Assembly (NCBI GenBank): GCA_038087875.1
Contig: CM075997.1
Coordinates: forward strand, 2,296,001-2,360,000
Direction: 5' to 3'
DNA: 64,000 nt
DNA from: Malacoraja senta
Taxonomy: Eukaryota
Shown: positions 47,147 to 59,415 of the stretch, piece after piece
How positions within the stretch are numbered: the stretch's first letter is position 1
How the letters are laid out: each line of letters begins with the position of its first letter
The notes under the pieces: generated by a model
What the model saw: the letters and a program-made list of their open reading frames with translations, nothing else
What the model was told of the DNA's origin: nothing
The model's database searches: none
Made by a program: the position numbers and the translations under genes

Positions 47147-48359
47147 TGAGACAGCGAGCCGGATCAGGCAGGCGGTTCCTTCCTTTGTTCTGAATGGACT
47201 CGCAGCTCCAGGGCGGAGCCTGAATGCGGGGAGCAACGCCAGTCAAAGGCGTGACTGCATCTGATGCAGAGAGTGTGTGGCTTCAGATTGGGAATTGTGG
47301 GAGTGACACAGCAGCCTCTCGCTCGCCCAAGCCCTTCTTAAAAACAGTGATTCATCCGGAGACACAACAAGAGGAACGGAGGCAGCGGTCTGAGTTCGGA
47401 TTTACGCTCACCTTCCCCTGCACCGCAGGACCAGTGAAAGGGTTTGACGGTCAGTCTCTATGTTAAGGGGGGAGGGAATCTTACCACTTTACGGTATGTT
47501 GGTGAAAATGCTTCATGAATGAATGTTGGACCATCTCTGTCTGAATTGGAAGATGCGCAAACAGCTTGAATGCAATTTTTCAGACAGGGACAAATAGCAA
47601 ATGGCAAACGGGTTGCAGTACCAGAGGCCGGCGTCTGGCTCGGCTGCTTTTTGCACAGTCAGACAGAGAGACAGGGGAGAGGGAAACGAGACATGACCCT
47701 CAGTCTGAAGAAGGGTCTCGATCCGAAATGTCACCCATCCCTTCTCTCCAGAGATGCTGCCTGTCCCGCTGAGTTACTCCAGCATTTAGTGTCTATCTTC
47801 GGAGTAAACCAGCATCTGCAGCAGTTCCTTCCTATACGTTTTGTGTCTGCCTGCTTTGTACAGGGGATGTGCTCTGTTTAGGAAGGAACTGCAGAGGCCG
47901 GTTTACACCGAAGATAGACACAAAATGCTGGAGTAACTCAGCGGGACGGGCGGCATCTCTGGAGAGAAGGAATGGGTGACGTTTCGGGTAGGGTCTCGAT
48001 CCTTCTTTAGACTGGGAGTCCTGGTCGAGGGAGACACAGATAAGGTAGGGTAAGGTGTGAAAACGGGACATCAAAAGAGGGGTTCGGCCCGAAACGTTGC
48101 CTATTTCCTTCGCTCCATAGATGCTGCTGCACCCGCTGAGTTTCTCCAGCATTGTTGTCTACCTCCGATTTTCCAGCATCTGCAGTTCCTTCTTAAACAC
48201 ATCAAAAGAGATGCTGCTCTTTGGAAGAAGCGTCTCACCAGAAACGTTTCCCATTCCTTCTCTCCAGAGATGCTGCCTGTCCCGCTGAGTTACTGCAGCA
48301 TTTTATGTCCCGTCTTAGAATAGATCGTTGTTGGCTACGAGAAGGTGAGAATCGATAAA

Positions 48360-48492
48360 TTGTAATCAGAGAGAGTCAGAACTAGGGAGGGGGGGATGGC
48401 GAGAGAGGGAATGCAAGGGTTACTTGAAGTTAGATAAGTCAATATTCATACCGCTGGGGTGTAAGCTGTCCAAGCGACATATGAGGTGCTGT
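48360..48492 (-). mobile_element. Penelope-like GIY-YIG C-terminal fragment
   Basis: QHLICRLDSLHPSGMNIDLSNFK* followed by a pyrimidine tract. Confidence 0.75.
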
Positions 48493-48724
48493 TGCCTGTT
48501 TCTCGCTGTGGAACGCTTGCTAAGTGAGCGGGCACCTGGGTTGACTTACATAGAAAATAACAAACATAGACATGTTATTTAGACATGTTATTTAAACTGT
48601 CTGAAGAAGGGTTTCGGCCCGAAACGTTGCCTATTTCCTTCGCTCCATAGATGCTCCATAGATGCTGCCTCACCCCGCTGAGTTTCAAATGTCAGCATTT
48701 TTGTCTGCACCACCATGTTATCTA

Positions 48725-49375
48725 TAACGCTGGCTTGGCGGCAGTGAGGATGCAGTTGGGACCCGGCGGCAGGCAGGTGGGGAGGGACAGGGGTTAAGTC
48801 TGCATTCACCTAGCGCCCCGTGCCATCCCGCGGATCCACGAGTCTCTTATTCTTCCAACCCCTTCACCGCCGTTCAAACTGAACGGCTCCGACCCTCCAC
48901 AGCGAGGGGTCCCTCGACATTGCCTTGCGCTGGGAGAGATGATGTAGCGAAATAAATTGTCACAGGTCCCCAACTTTAAGTCTCGCTGCCGGGGGTTAAC
49001 AGCAGCAGATTCCGTTTCTGTGAACTAAACCTATAACTCAGGATCTCCAAACGTCAAATTATTATTTATAGAGAGGCCTCAGTGAATAATGGAGTGGAGC
49101 AGGCTGCCGTCCTCAGTCAACGTGTAGCATTCAGGGAAGATTTACCATTGATGAGGCTAATCATTCTGCGTTCAGATTCGCAATTTAAAGACTAATTTCA
49201 ACGCTCAGGGTGAAAATCAGGCGGGTTCCGGAGCGGGCACGGGGTGGTCTCCTGCTGGCTGAGGGTGGGTTATTGCTTGGAGGCGAGAGGCGAGCGACTT
49301 CTCAGTGGCTCTCAGAGACCCTCATTGACCGCTCGGGAGGTGCACAAAAGTGGCCCCGATTCACTGTCACTCGGC
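48725..49375. promoter_or_regulatory. CpG-rich non-repeat region; possible promoter/first exon on the minus strand
   Basis: CpG density high by eye; minus strand has TTTGAACGGCGG, then GGGATGGCACGGGGCGCTAG|GTGAAT (ATG plus donor near 48810). Confidence 0.35.
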
Positions 49376-50702
49376 GGGCGGCACAGTGGCGCAACGGGTA
49401 CAGTCGCCGCCTCCCAGTGTGGGCGACCCGGGTTCGAGCCTGACCTCCGGCGCTGTTCATGTGGAGGCTGCACTTTCTCCCTGGTGGGTCTTAGCTCTTA
49501 GTTACAGGGATATGGGATAGGAACGGGGGTACTGTAATGGACAAATCTGCACCAGGAGATAATGAGTTTTACAGTTACTGTCTCCAGTGAGAACAGATGA
49601 CATGATCAGACATAAATGCTGGAGAATCGGGACGAGACTGCTCAATAGGTGCCTTCGAGCCAGCACCGCCATTCAATGTGATCATGGCTGATCATCCCCA
49701 ATCAGTACCCCGTTCCTGCCTTCTCCCCATATCCCCTGATCCAGGGACTTGAAAGCATCCAGAGAACCGGCCTCCACCGCCCTCTGAGGCAGAGAATTCC
49801 ACAGACTCACAACTCTCTGTGAGAAAAAGTGTTTCCTCGTGTGAAGAAGGGCTTCGACCCGAAACGTTGCCTATTTCCATCACTCCATAGATGCTGCCTC
49901 ACCCGCTGGGTTTCTCCAGCATTTTTGTCTACCTTCGATTTTCCAGCATCTGCAGTTCCTTCGTAGACATAAACAGGCTATTACGCCAAATGAATAATGA
50001 CAAGACCTCAGGAGCAGATTGCATCCCTGCTGCAATTCTAAAGCTTGGCATCAAGGATCAGGATTGTAATTTACAATCTCATCTTCTAGTCCTAGGAAAA
50101 GCACAATACCTGCCGCAACAACAACTGGGTCTGAAGAAGGGTCTCGACCCGAAACGCCACCTATTCCTTTTCTCCGGAGATGCTGTCTGACCCGCTGAGC
50201 TATTTTTTTTGTCTATCTTTGGTTTAGACCAGCATCTGCAGTTCCTTCCTGTGCAACTGTGACTTGCAAATGGTGCCAAACTGCCGACTCTGTATATTGT
50301 CTTGATGTACCACCGTTATACACCTGCACTGTATATGAGATGCTTATCTACGATGTATCTAAGAGCTTTTGTATAGCGATACTTGTACTGAGCTGTATAC
50401 AAAAAAATGAATTTAACTGAACCTTGGTACATGTGAGAAATGAAGTATCATTGACACATATACCATGAGACCTCATAGGTGCCTCACAGCTGACCACCGT
50501 CACCTACACAGGAGATAAATCCAATTATAGCCACCGCAGAGTTTTTCTCTCGCCACGGGGAACATCATTGACAAGAACCTTCTCCAACATCTCCACACAG
50601 TTCCACAGAACCTGTTACCAGGTACCTGAATCATCCTACCATAACCAAATAGCATTACTGAACCACCAGCGACCTCTTTGCAGACCCTCAGACTATCCTT
50701 TT

Positions 50703-50985
50703 TTAGAGATATAGCGCGGGAAACAGGACCTTCGGCCCACCGACCAGCCATCCCCGCCCATGAACACTATCCGACGCACACTAGGGACAATGTACACTTA
50801 TACCAAGCCAATTTACCCGCATATCTGCACGTCTTTGGAGTGTGGGAGGAAACCGAAGATCTCGGAGAAAACCCACGGGGAGAACGTACAAACTCCGTAC
50901 AGACAGCACCTGTAGTTGGGATTGAACCCGGGTCTCCGGCGCTGCAAGCTGCAAGGCAGCAACTCCACCGCTGCGCCACCGTTCC
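50703..50985 (-). mobile_element. HE1-like V-SINE
   Basis: Head, partial V-domain, tail. Confidence 0.8.
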
Positions 50986-52923
50986 CACGCCCCAGTGGAT
51001 TTTGATCGGGCTCCTTGATCGGACTTTGCTGGCTTTACCTTGCACTAAACGTTATTCCCTTATCATGTATCCACACACTGTGTAAATGGCTCGATTGTAA
51101 TCGTGTATAGTCTTTCCGCTGACTGGATAGCACGCAACGAAAGCTTTTCACTGTACCTCAGTACATGTGACAATAAACTCAACTGAAAACAGCTTGTTGA
51201 ACCACAGAGTGGATTTCGTTGACGAACAGGAACCTCACTGTGTAAAAACTCCAAGGTACATGCGATACGATACCAAAGAACTTTATTTAACCCAGGAGGG
51301 AAATTGATGTGCCAACAGTCATAAAATACACGAAATACATGGAACGTGGACAGGAAAGGTTCAGAAGGCTATGGAGCAAATTCAGGCAAATGGGACTAGC
51401 TTAGATGGGGCCTCTTGGCCCAACATGGATGAGTTGGGCCAAGGGGACTGTTTCTGTGCTGTATAACTCGAAGAGAAATGTCGGGATCGGCACCAATCAC
51501 TATAAATCGGTGCGGAGCGGATCCCCAGCAAAACCCGTGGACAGACAATCGTCCCTGTCCCTCAAGAGCTGAGGGGGATGACCCAAGGAGTGGCCTCACC
51601 CCCAGGGACCGCCACACTTCCTTGACTTTCCTAACGTCTTTGATTCTTGGGGCCATTCAAAGGGGCCGTGGAGCATCCTTCTTTCTTAGGAACATCATCA
51701 TCCGTCTGCTTCATGAAGGTAGACACAAAAAGCTGTGGTAACTCAGCAGGACAGGCAGCATCTCTGGAGAGAAGGAATGGGTGATGTTTCGGGTCGAGAC
51801 CCTTCTTCAGACACCCTTCTATGTGTCGTGTAAACCAGCATCTGCAGTTCCTTCCTACACAATCCATCTGCTTCACGGTTGATCTGAATGAGCCAGTCCC
51901 TCTGTGGATGTGAATGACCCTGGTCAGGAAGGATTGCCAGAAGTGCTCGGCCGATCTGCTTGAGTTCCATCTATGGTTCTCGCTGAACTTCAGCACACGG
52001 GTTCAGTCTGAAGAAGGGTCTCGACCCGAACGTCGCCCATTCCTTCTCTCCTGAGAAGCTGCCTCACCCGCTGAGTTACTCCCGCATTTTGTGTCTACCT
52101 TCGATTTAAACCAGCATCTGCAGTTCTTTCTTCCACAAACAGGTTACATAGTTGCCCGTACAACTATATGTAGGTGGCACTGTTGTACTTCCAATTAGCA
52201 TCTCATTGGGTAAATTGCAGGTACCATCGCAACGTATGTGAAACAGTTAGAGAAGTACATGGATAGGACAGGTTCAGAGGGAGATGGGCCAAACGCAGGC
52301 AGGTGGGACTAGTGTAGCTGGGACATGTTTGCTAGCATGGGCAAGTTGGGCTGAAGGGCCTGTTTCCACGCTGTATGACTCTAATGCCTATGACAATGTA
52401 GCACTCCCTCAGTGCAGGCACTGGTCGCCTGCTCAACGAAGCTTGAATGACTGGTAATAAGATGAGAGATTCACTACAGAGCTAGTCCATTGTGATTATT
52501 CAATTTAACCATTAGCTGAGTTATTATTTCAGTACGAGTTGTTCATCTTCTACAGACATCGCTCAAATATGCTTCTTTCATGACAGGCGACAGAATAAAA
52601 GATCATTGCAGTATAGTTCCATACAATTTGCAGCAAAATGCACAATCCGACTAATCAGAAATCCTGTGTAGGAAGGAACTGCTGATCATAAGATCATAAG
52701 TGATAGGAGCAGAATTGAGGCCATTCAGCCCATCTAGTCTATTCGGCCAAAGATAGACACAAAATGCTGGAGTAACTCAGCGGGACAGGCAGCATCTCTG
52801 GAGAGAAGGAATGGGTGACGGTTCAGGTTGAGACCCTTCTTCAGGCTGAATCTATCCGCCATACATTCATGGCTGATCTATCTCTCCCTCCGAACCCCAT
52901 TCCCCTGCCTTCTCCCCATAACC

Positions 52924-55042
52924 TGGCTGCTACAAATGTGACAAGTGCATCCAGGTACAGCTCCTGAAGGACCGTGTTGGGGAACTGGAGAAGCAAGTGG
53001 ATGACCTCAGGTTTGTCCGAGAAACGGAGTCGTTCCTCGACAAGTCCTACAGTAAGATTGTTACACCTAAGGTACTGGAAGAGAGAAGGTGGGAGACAGT
53101 GAGAAAGGGAGGGAAGCATGGAATGCAAACGTCCCCGGGTGTTGTACCTCTTGTGAACAAGAAAACTGGCAGGGAACATAAAAACTGACTGCAAAAGTTT
53201 TTATAGATATGTGAAGAGAAAAAGATTAGTTAAAACAAATGTAGGTCCCTTGCAGTCAGAAACAGGTGAATTGATCATGGGGAACAAGGACATGGCGGAC
53301 CAATTGAATAACTACTTTGGTTCTGTCTTCACTAAGGAAGACATAAATAATCTGCCGGAAATAGCAGGGGACCGGGGGTCAAATGAGATGGAGGAACTGA
53401 GTGAAATCCAGGTTAGCCGGGAAGTGGTGTTAGGTAAATTGAATGGATTAAAGGCCGATAAATCCCCAGGGCCAGATAGGCTGCATCGCAGAGTACTTAA
53501 GGAAGTAGCCCCAGAAATAGTGGATGCATTAGTGATAATTTTTCAAAACTCTTTAGATTCTGGAGTAGTTCCTGAGGATTGGAGGGTAGCTAATGTAACC
53601 CCACTTTTTAAAAAGGGAGGGAGAGAGAAAACGGGGAATTACAGACCAGTTGGTCTAACGTCGGTAGTGGGGAAACTGGTAGAATCAGTTATTAAAGATG
53701 GGATAGCAGCACATTTGGAAAGTGGTGAAATCATTGGACAAAGTCAGCATGGATTTATGAAAGGTAAATCATGTCTGACGAATCTTATAGAATTTTTCGA
53801 GGATGTAACTAGTAGAGTGGATAAGGGAGAACCAGTGGATGTGTTATATCTGGACTTTCAGAAGGCTTTCGACAAGGTCCCACATAAGAGATTAGTATAC
53901 AAACTTAAAGCACATGTTATTGGGGGTTCAGTATTGATGTGGATAGAGAACTGGCTGGCAGACAGGAAGCAAAGAGTAGGAGTAAACGGGTCCTTTTCAC
54001 AATGGCAGGCAGTGACTAGTGGGGTACCGCAAGGCTCAGTGCTGGGACCCCGGCTATTTACGATATATATTAATGATTTGGACGAGGGAATTGAATGCAA
54101 CATCTCCAAGTTTGCGGATGATACAAAACTGGGGGACAGTGTTAGCTGTGAGGAGGATGCTCGGAGGCTGCAAGGTGACTTGGATAGGCTGGGTGAGTGG
54201 GCAAATGCATGGCAGATGCAGTATAATGTGGATAAATGTGAGGTTATCCACTTTGGTGGCAAAAACAGGAAAGTAGACTATTATCTGAATGGTGGCCGAT
54301 TAGGAAAAGGGGTGATGCAACGAGACCTGGGTGTCATGGTACACCAGTCATTAAAAGTAGGCATGCAGGTGCAGCAGGCAGTGAAGAAGGCGAATGGTAT
54401 GTTAGCATTCATAGCGAAAGGATTTGAGTATAGGAGCAGGGAGGTTCTACTGCAGTTGTACAGGGTCTTGGTGAGACCACACCTGGAGTATTGCGTACAG
54501 TTTTGGTCTCCTAATCTGAGGAAAGACATTCTTGCCATAGAGGGAATGGAGAGAAGGTTCACCAGACTGATTCCTGGGATGTCAGGACTTTCATATGAAG
54601 AAAGACTGGATTGACTTGGTTTGTACTCGCTAGAATTTAGAAGATTGAGGGGGGATCTTATAGAAACGTACAAAATTCTTAAGGGGTTGGACAGGCTAGA
54701 TGCAGGAAGATTGTGCCCGATGTTGGGGAAATCCAGAACAAGGGGTCACAGTTTAAGGATAAAGGGGAAATCTTTTAGGACCGAGATGAGGAAAACATTT
54801 TTCACACAGAGAGTGGTGAATCTCTGGAATTCTCTGCCACAGAAGGTAGTTGAGGCCAGTTCATTGGCTATATTTAAGAGGGAGTTAGATGTGGCCCTTG
54901 TGGCTAAAGGGATCAGGGGGTATGGAGAGAAGGCAGGTACGGGATACTGAGTTGGATGATCAGCCATGATCATATCGAATGGCGGTGCAGGCTGGAAGGG
55001 CCGAATGGCCTACTCCTGCACCTATTGTCTATGTTTCTATGT
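52924..55042 (+). mobile_element. Internally deleted CR1: ORF1 N-terminus joined to the ORF2 RT region
   Basis: GCYKCDKCIQVQLLKDRVGELEKQVDDLR (Zn finger/coiled coil) jumps at about 53160 to KLAGNIKTDCKSF; ORF 53211-54614 RT, premature TGA, ORF 54621-54950, 3'UTR. Confidence 0.9.
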
Positions 55043-55679
55043 GTTCTCCCGAGCAGGCAGTGACAGCCTCTCTGTTCGTGAGACAAGCCCTTCCTTCATG
55101 CCTCCTGGTGGGGGCGAGCCTTAGTTTAGTTTTAAACAGTGGAGTTTAGTTTAGAGATGCAGCGTGGAAACACACCCTTCGGCTGACTGAGACCACGCCG
55201 ACCAGCGATCCCCGCACACTCGCTCTATTTGCAGGAACCAGTGAACTTACAAACCTGCACGCCTTTGGAATGTGGGAGGAAACTGGAGCACCCGGAGTCA
55301 GCCCACGTGGTCACAGGGGGAACGTACCAATTCCGCACAGACAGCACAGGTAGTCAGGATTGATCCCTGGTCCAGGGGTTTCAAGCCCCCTAGCTGTTTT
55401 CCAGCTAACTGTCCCACCGGGTTACTCCAGCGCTCTGTCCCAGGCCAAAATCGATGAACCAACCTCAGCATCTACTCTTCAGTCAACGCCCCCATATTGG
55501 AGATCCTAATTACGCGCAGTCATCTCCAGTGAGGTGGCCTCATTGTTCACGACCCTGGAACCTGGCGCTGTAGGGCAGCAACTCTACCACTGTGCCACCG
55601 GTATTGGGTATTTGGGCTTCTGGATGGCAGTGAAAGGTCAACACACATCATGGTTATTGGTTGGATCTCTCGTGCTCTA

Positions 55680-56098
55680 CAACTCCCTTCCATCGAGGGG
55701 ATCTATCGCAGTCGCTGCCTCAAAAAGGCTGGCAGCATCATCAAGGACCCACACCATCCTGGCCACTCACTCATCTCCCTACTACCTTCAAGTAGAAGGT
55801 ACAGGAGCCTGAAGACTGCAACGACCAGGTTCAGGAATAGCTACTTCCCCACAGCCATCAGGCTATTAAACTTGGCTCGGAAAAAAACTCTGAACTTTAA
55901 TAGCCCATTATCTGTTATTTGCACTTTATCAGTTTATTTATTCATGTGTGTATATATTTATATAATGGTATATGGACACACTGATCTGTTTTGTCGTCAA
56001 TGCCGACTATGTTCTGTTGTGCTGAAGCAAAGCAAGAATTTCATTGTCCTGTCAGGGACACATGACAATAAACTCTCTTGACTTGACTTGACTTGACT
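55680..56098 (+). mobile_element. Rex1/Babar 3' fragment
   Basis: [28 protein letters not shown]...FPTAIRLLN; (CTTGA)n tail. Confidence 0.88.
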
Positions 56099-56614
56099 CC
56101 CATCGGTTCCATAGACCATGGGTTTTTCCGTTGGACGTCAGCCTCCACGTGCCGTACAGCTGCTTCCATCCCCTCGAGATCTGAGGCAATTTCTATTCAT
56201 AGAACATCTTACATTTGCAGTTAATTGGCCTGTAGCACCCAATGATGCTGGCTCCTGGAGGCAGCTTGTTCTAATTCTCCAGTCGTGCAGCAGAAACGAC
56301 AGTGTGCAGGGATAGATAGATGTCCATCGCGTGTGACTGAATCTGAAGAAGGCTCTCGACACGAAACGTCACCCATTCCTTCTCTCCAGAGATGCTGCCT
56401 GACCTGCTGAGTTGCTCCAGCATTTTGTGTCTATCTTCGGTTTAAACCAGCATCTTCCTACACAGGAGGTGCAAAGCTGACCCTGCGCCTAGTTGAATTT
56501 CTGAAGTGGCACAAATTAGTGTTTGGACTGCCTCTTCTCTATGTGTTAAGACAGTTTCCGGTTTGACAATGTGGGCCAAAACCCAGCATTCTATGCTACG
56601 AATGGCAAGGTTGG

Positions 56615-57155
56615 GGGAAGGACATTCTTGCTATTGAGGGAGTGCAGCGTAGATTTACAAGGTTAATTCCCGGGATGGCGGGACTGTCATATGCTGAGAG
56701 AATGGAACGGCTGGGCTTGTACACTCTGGAGTTTAGAAGGATGAGAGGGAATCTTATTGAAACATATAAGATTATTAAGGGTTTGGACACGCTAGAGGCA
56801 GGAAACATGTTCCCGATGTTGGGGGAGTCCAGAACCAGGGGCCACAGTTTAAGAATAAGGTGTAAGCCATTTAGAACGGAGACGAGGAAACACTTTTTCT
56901 CACAGAGAGTGGTGAGTCTGTGGAATTCTCTGCCTCAGAGGGCGGTGGAGGCAGGTTCTCTGGATGCTTTCAAGAGAGAGCTAGATAGGGCTCTTAAAAA
57001 TAGCGGAGTCAGGGGATATGGGGAGAAGGCAGGAACGGGGTACTGATTGGGGATGATCAGCCATGACCACATTGTCTGATTGGGGATGATCAGCCATGAC
57101 CACATCGAAGGGCCGAATGGCCAACTCCCGCACCTATTGTCTATTGTCTATTGTA
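56615..57155 (+). mobile_element. CR1 3' fragment
   Basis: ORF 56642-57046; 3'UTR with a ~29-bp duplication; (CTATTGT)n. Confidence 0.88.
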
Positions 57156-57787
57156 TCTGTCTTTTGAAACGGGATTGAACTAATGTATGGAAAATGATGT
57201 AGCCACAGGGACATGTAAATAGAACAGGAGTGGGTGATTGGATTATTCAATGGAAAACCCAGCAATGGACAAATGGCCTCGAGTGTGACTCATGATTCTG
57301 TTTCTGCAAGCATGAAATCATTCTCACAGTCTCGTTCATCCTCTGAATGTTATTTTGGACTCAAAGTTTAGAAAGCTATTCTTGGAGAGGTTGCTTCAAT
57401 TGGAACACTGCGCACTGTTAGGATCAGCAACATGGGATTTAGGTAAATTGCGAGGGATTTAAACATTATCGGCGGACATGATCAGGGACATTGCTTGTTC
57501 TCGTTAAGATTACATTCTCGACTCTGTGGCTGACTGAAGTGTTAATGCCTTGCTGGTGCGGTGGGGAATGTGACGCATTTTGAAGCCGTGATCTGGGACG
57601 GGTGTTGCACGGCTGCTGGTTGCATTGAAACTGCAGGAGTGAGACTATTGCGGCCCTTCAAGGGGCATGCAGTGGCGGTGGTCTCTTGGCCCGGCCGAGA
57701 CAACGGGCCTTCATGGTCAGGCCAGGTCAGGCACTTACAAACTGGGACTTGAAAATGGCGCCAAACTGGCGACTCTGCAAACTGTCT

Positions 57788-57974
57788 AAGAAGGAACTGC
57801 AGATGCTGGAAAATCGAAGGTAGACAAAAATGCTGGAGAAACTCAGCGGGTGCAGCAGCATCTATGGAGCGAAGGAAATAGGCAACGTTTCGGGTTTCGG
57901 CCCGAAACGTTGCCTATTTCCTTCGCTCCATAGATGCTGCTGCACCCGCTGAGTTTCTCCAGCATTTTTGTCTA
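57788..57974. mobile_element. Fold-back HHR element (subfamily B)
   Basis: Near-perfect palindrome with its junction inside stem II; 14-bp TSD TCTGCAAACTGTCT (57774-57787, 57975-57988). Confidence 0.88.
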
Positions 57975-58159
57975 TCTGCAAACTGTCTCTGTGTGCAACT
58001 GCTGTACACTTGTACGGCCTCTGAGATGCTCCTCTAAGATTTACAGTGCCGTAGCAGTAGAGCTACTGCCTCACAATACAATACAATACCACAGCGCCAG
58101 AGACCCGGGTTCGATCCTAACTATGGATGCTTATCTGTACGGGGTTTGTACATCTTCCT

Positions 58160-58605
58160 CTAAGATAGACTCGGCTTGTACTCGCTAGAATTTAGAAGAT
58201 TGATGGGGAATCTTATAGAAACTTACAAGATTCTTAAGGGGTTGGACAGGCTAGATGCAGGAAGATTGTTCCCGATGTTGGGGTTGTCCAGAACAAGGGG
58301 TCACAGTTTAAGGATAAGGGGGAAGTCTTTTAGGACCGAGATGAGAAAAACATTTTTCACACAGAGAGTGGTGAATCTGTGGAATTCTCTGCCACAGAAG
58401 GTAGTTGAGGCCAGTTCATTGGCTATATTTAAGAGGGAGTTAGATGTGGCCCTTGTGGCTAAAGGGATCAGGGGGTATGGAGAGAAGGCAGGTACGGGAT
58501 ACTGAGTTGGATGATCAGCCATGATCATATTGAATGGCGGTGCAGGCTTGAAGGGCCGAATGGCCTACTCCTGCACCTATTTTCTATGTTTGTATGTTTC
58601 TATGT
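58160..58605 (+). mobile_element. CR1 3' fragment inserted in an HE1 SINE
   Basis: ORF 58176-58505. Confidence 0.88.
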
Positions 58606-59004
58606 GAGCTGCGTGGGTTTTCTCTGAAACCTTTGGTTTCCTTCCATGGGGAGAACGTACAAACTCCGTACAGACAGCACCCGTGGCCAGGATCGAACCC
58701 AGGTCGCTGGCACTGTAAGCGCTGTAAGGCAGCAACTCTACCGCTGCGACAACTGCTCCAGTCCTTCGTATTTTGCAGGTAATTGGTTGGGTTAGGTTAC
58801 AGGAATTGTGGTTCCAAATGCATGTTGCCGGGAGCCCTGTGATAAACAACGGCTGATTAAGTCACACCAGGGACTTATTGGTGGGCTTGATGAACAAGCT
58901 CAGACGCAAAGAGTGGCTCCAATGTTTGAAACTGCATGAATTTCCCTCGAAGAGGGCTATCATTATTTTGGCCAAAGGGATCAGATCAGGGAATTTTTCC
59001 CCCT

Positions 59005-59415
59005 TCATAGAAACATTGAAAATAGGTGCTGGAATAGGCCGTTCGGCCCTTCAAGCCAGCACCGCCATTCAATATGATCATGGCTGATCATCCAAAATCA
59101 GTACCCCGTTTTTCCTTTCTCCCCATATCCCTTGATTCCCTATCCCTTGTTGTCCCTAAAAGCCACATCCAACTCTCTCTTGAAAACATCCAGTGAATTG
59201 GCCTCCACTGCCTTCTGTGGCAGAGAATTACACAGATTCACAACTCTCTGGGTTGAAAAAGTTTTCCTCATCTCAGTCCTAAATGGCCTACCCCTTATTC
59301 TTAAACTGAGACCCCTGGTTCTGGACTCCCCCAACATCCAGAACATTCTTCCTGCTTCTAGCCAGTCCAAACTAAGAATTGTATGTGTTTCTATAAGATA
59401 CCCTTTCATCCTTCC
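59005..59415 (-). mobile_element. CR1 3' fragment
   Basis: RTRGLSLRIRG...FSTQRVVNL in ORF 59140-59715. Confidence 0.8.
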
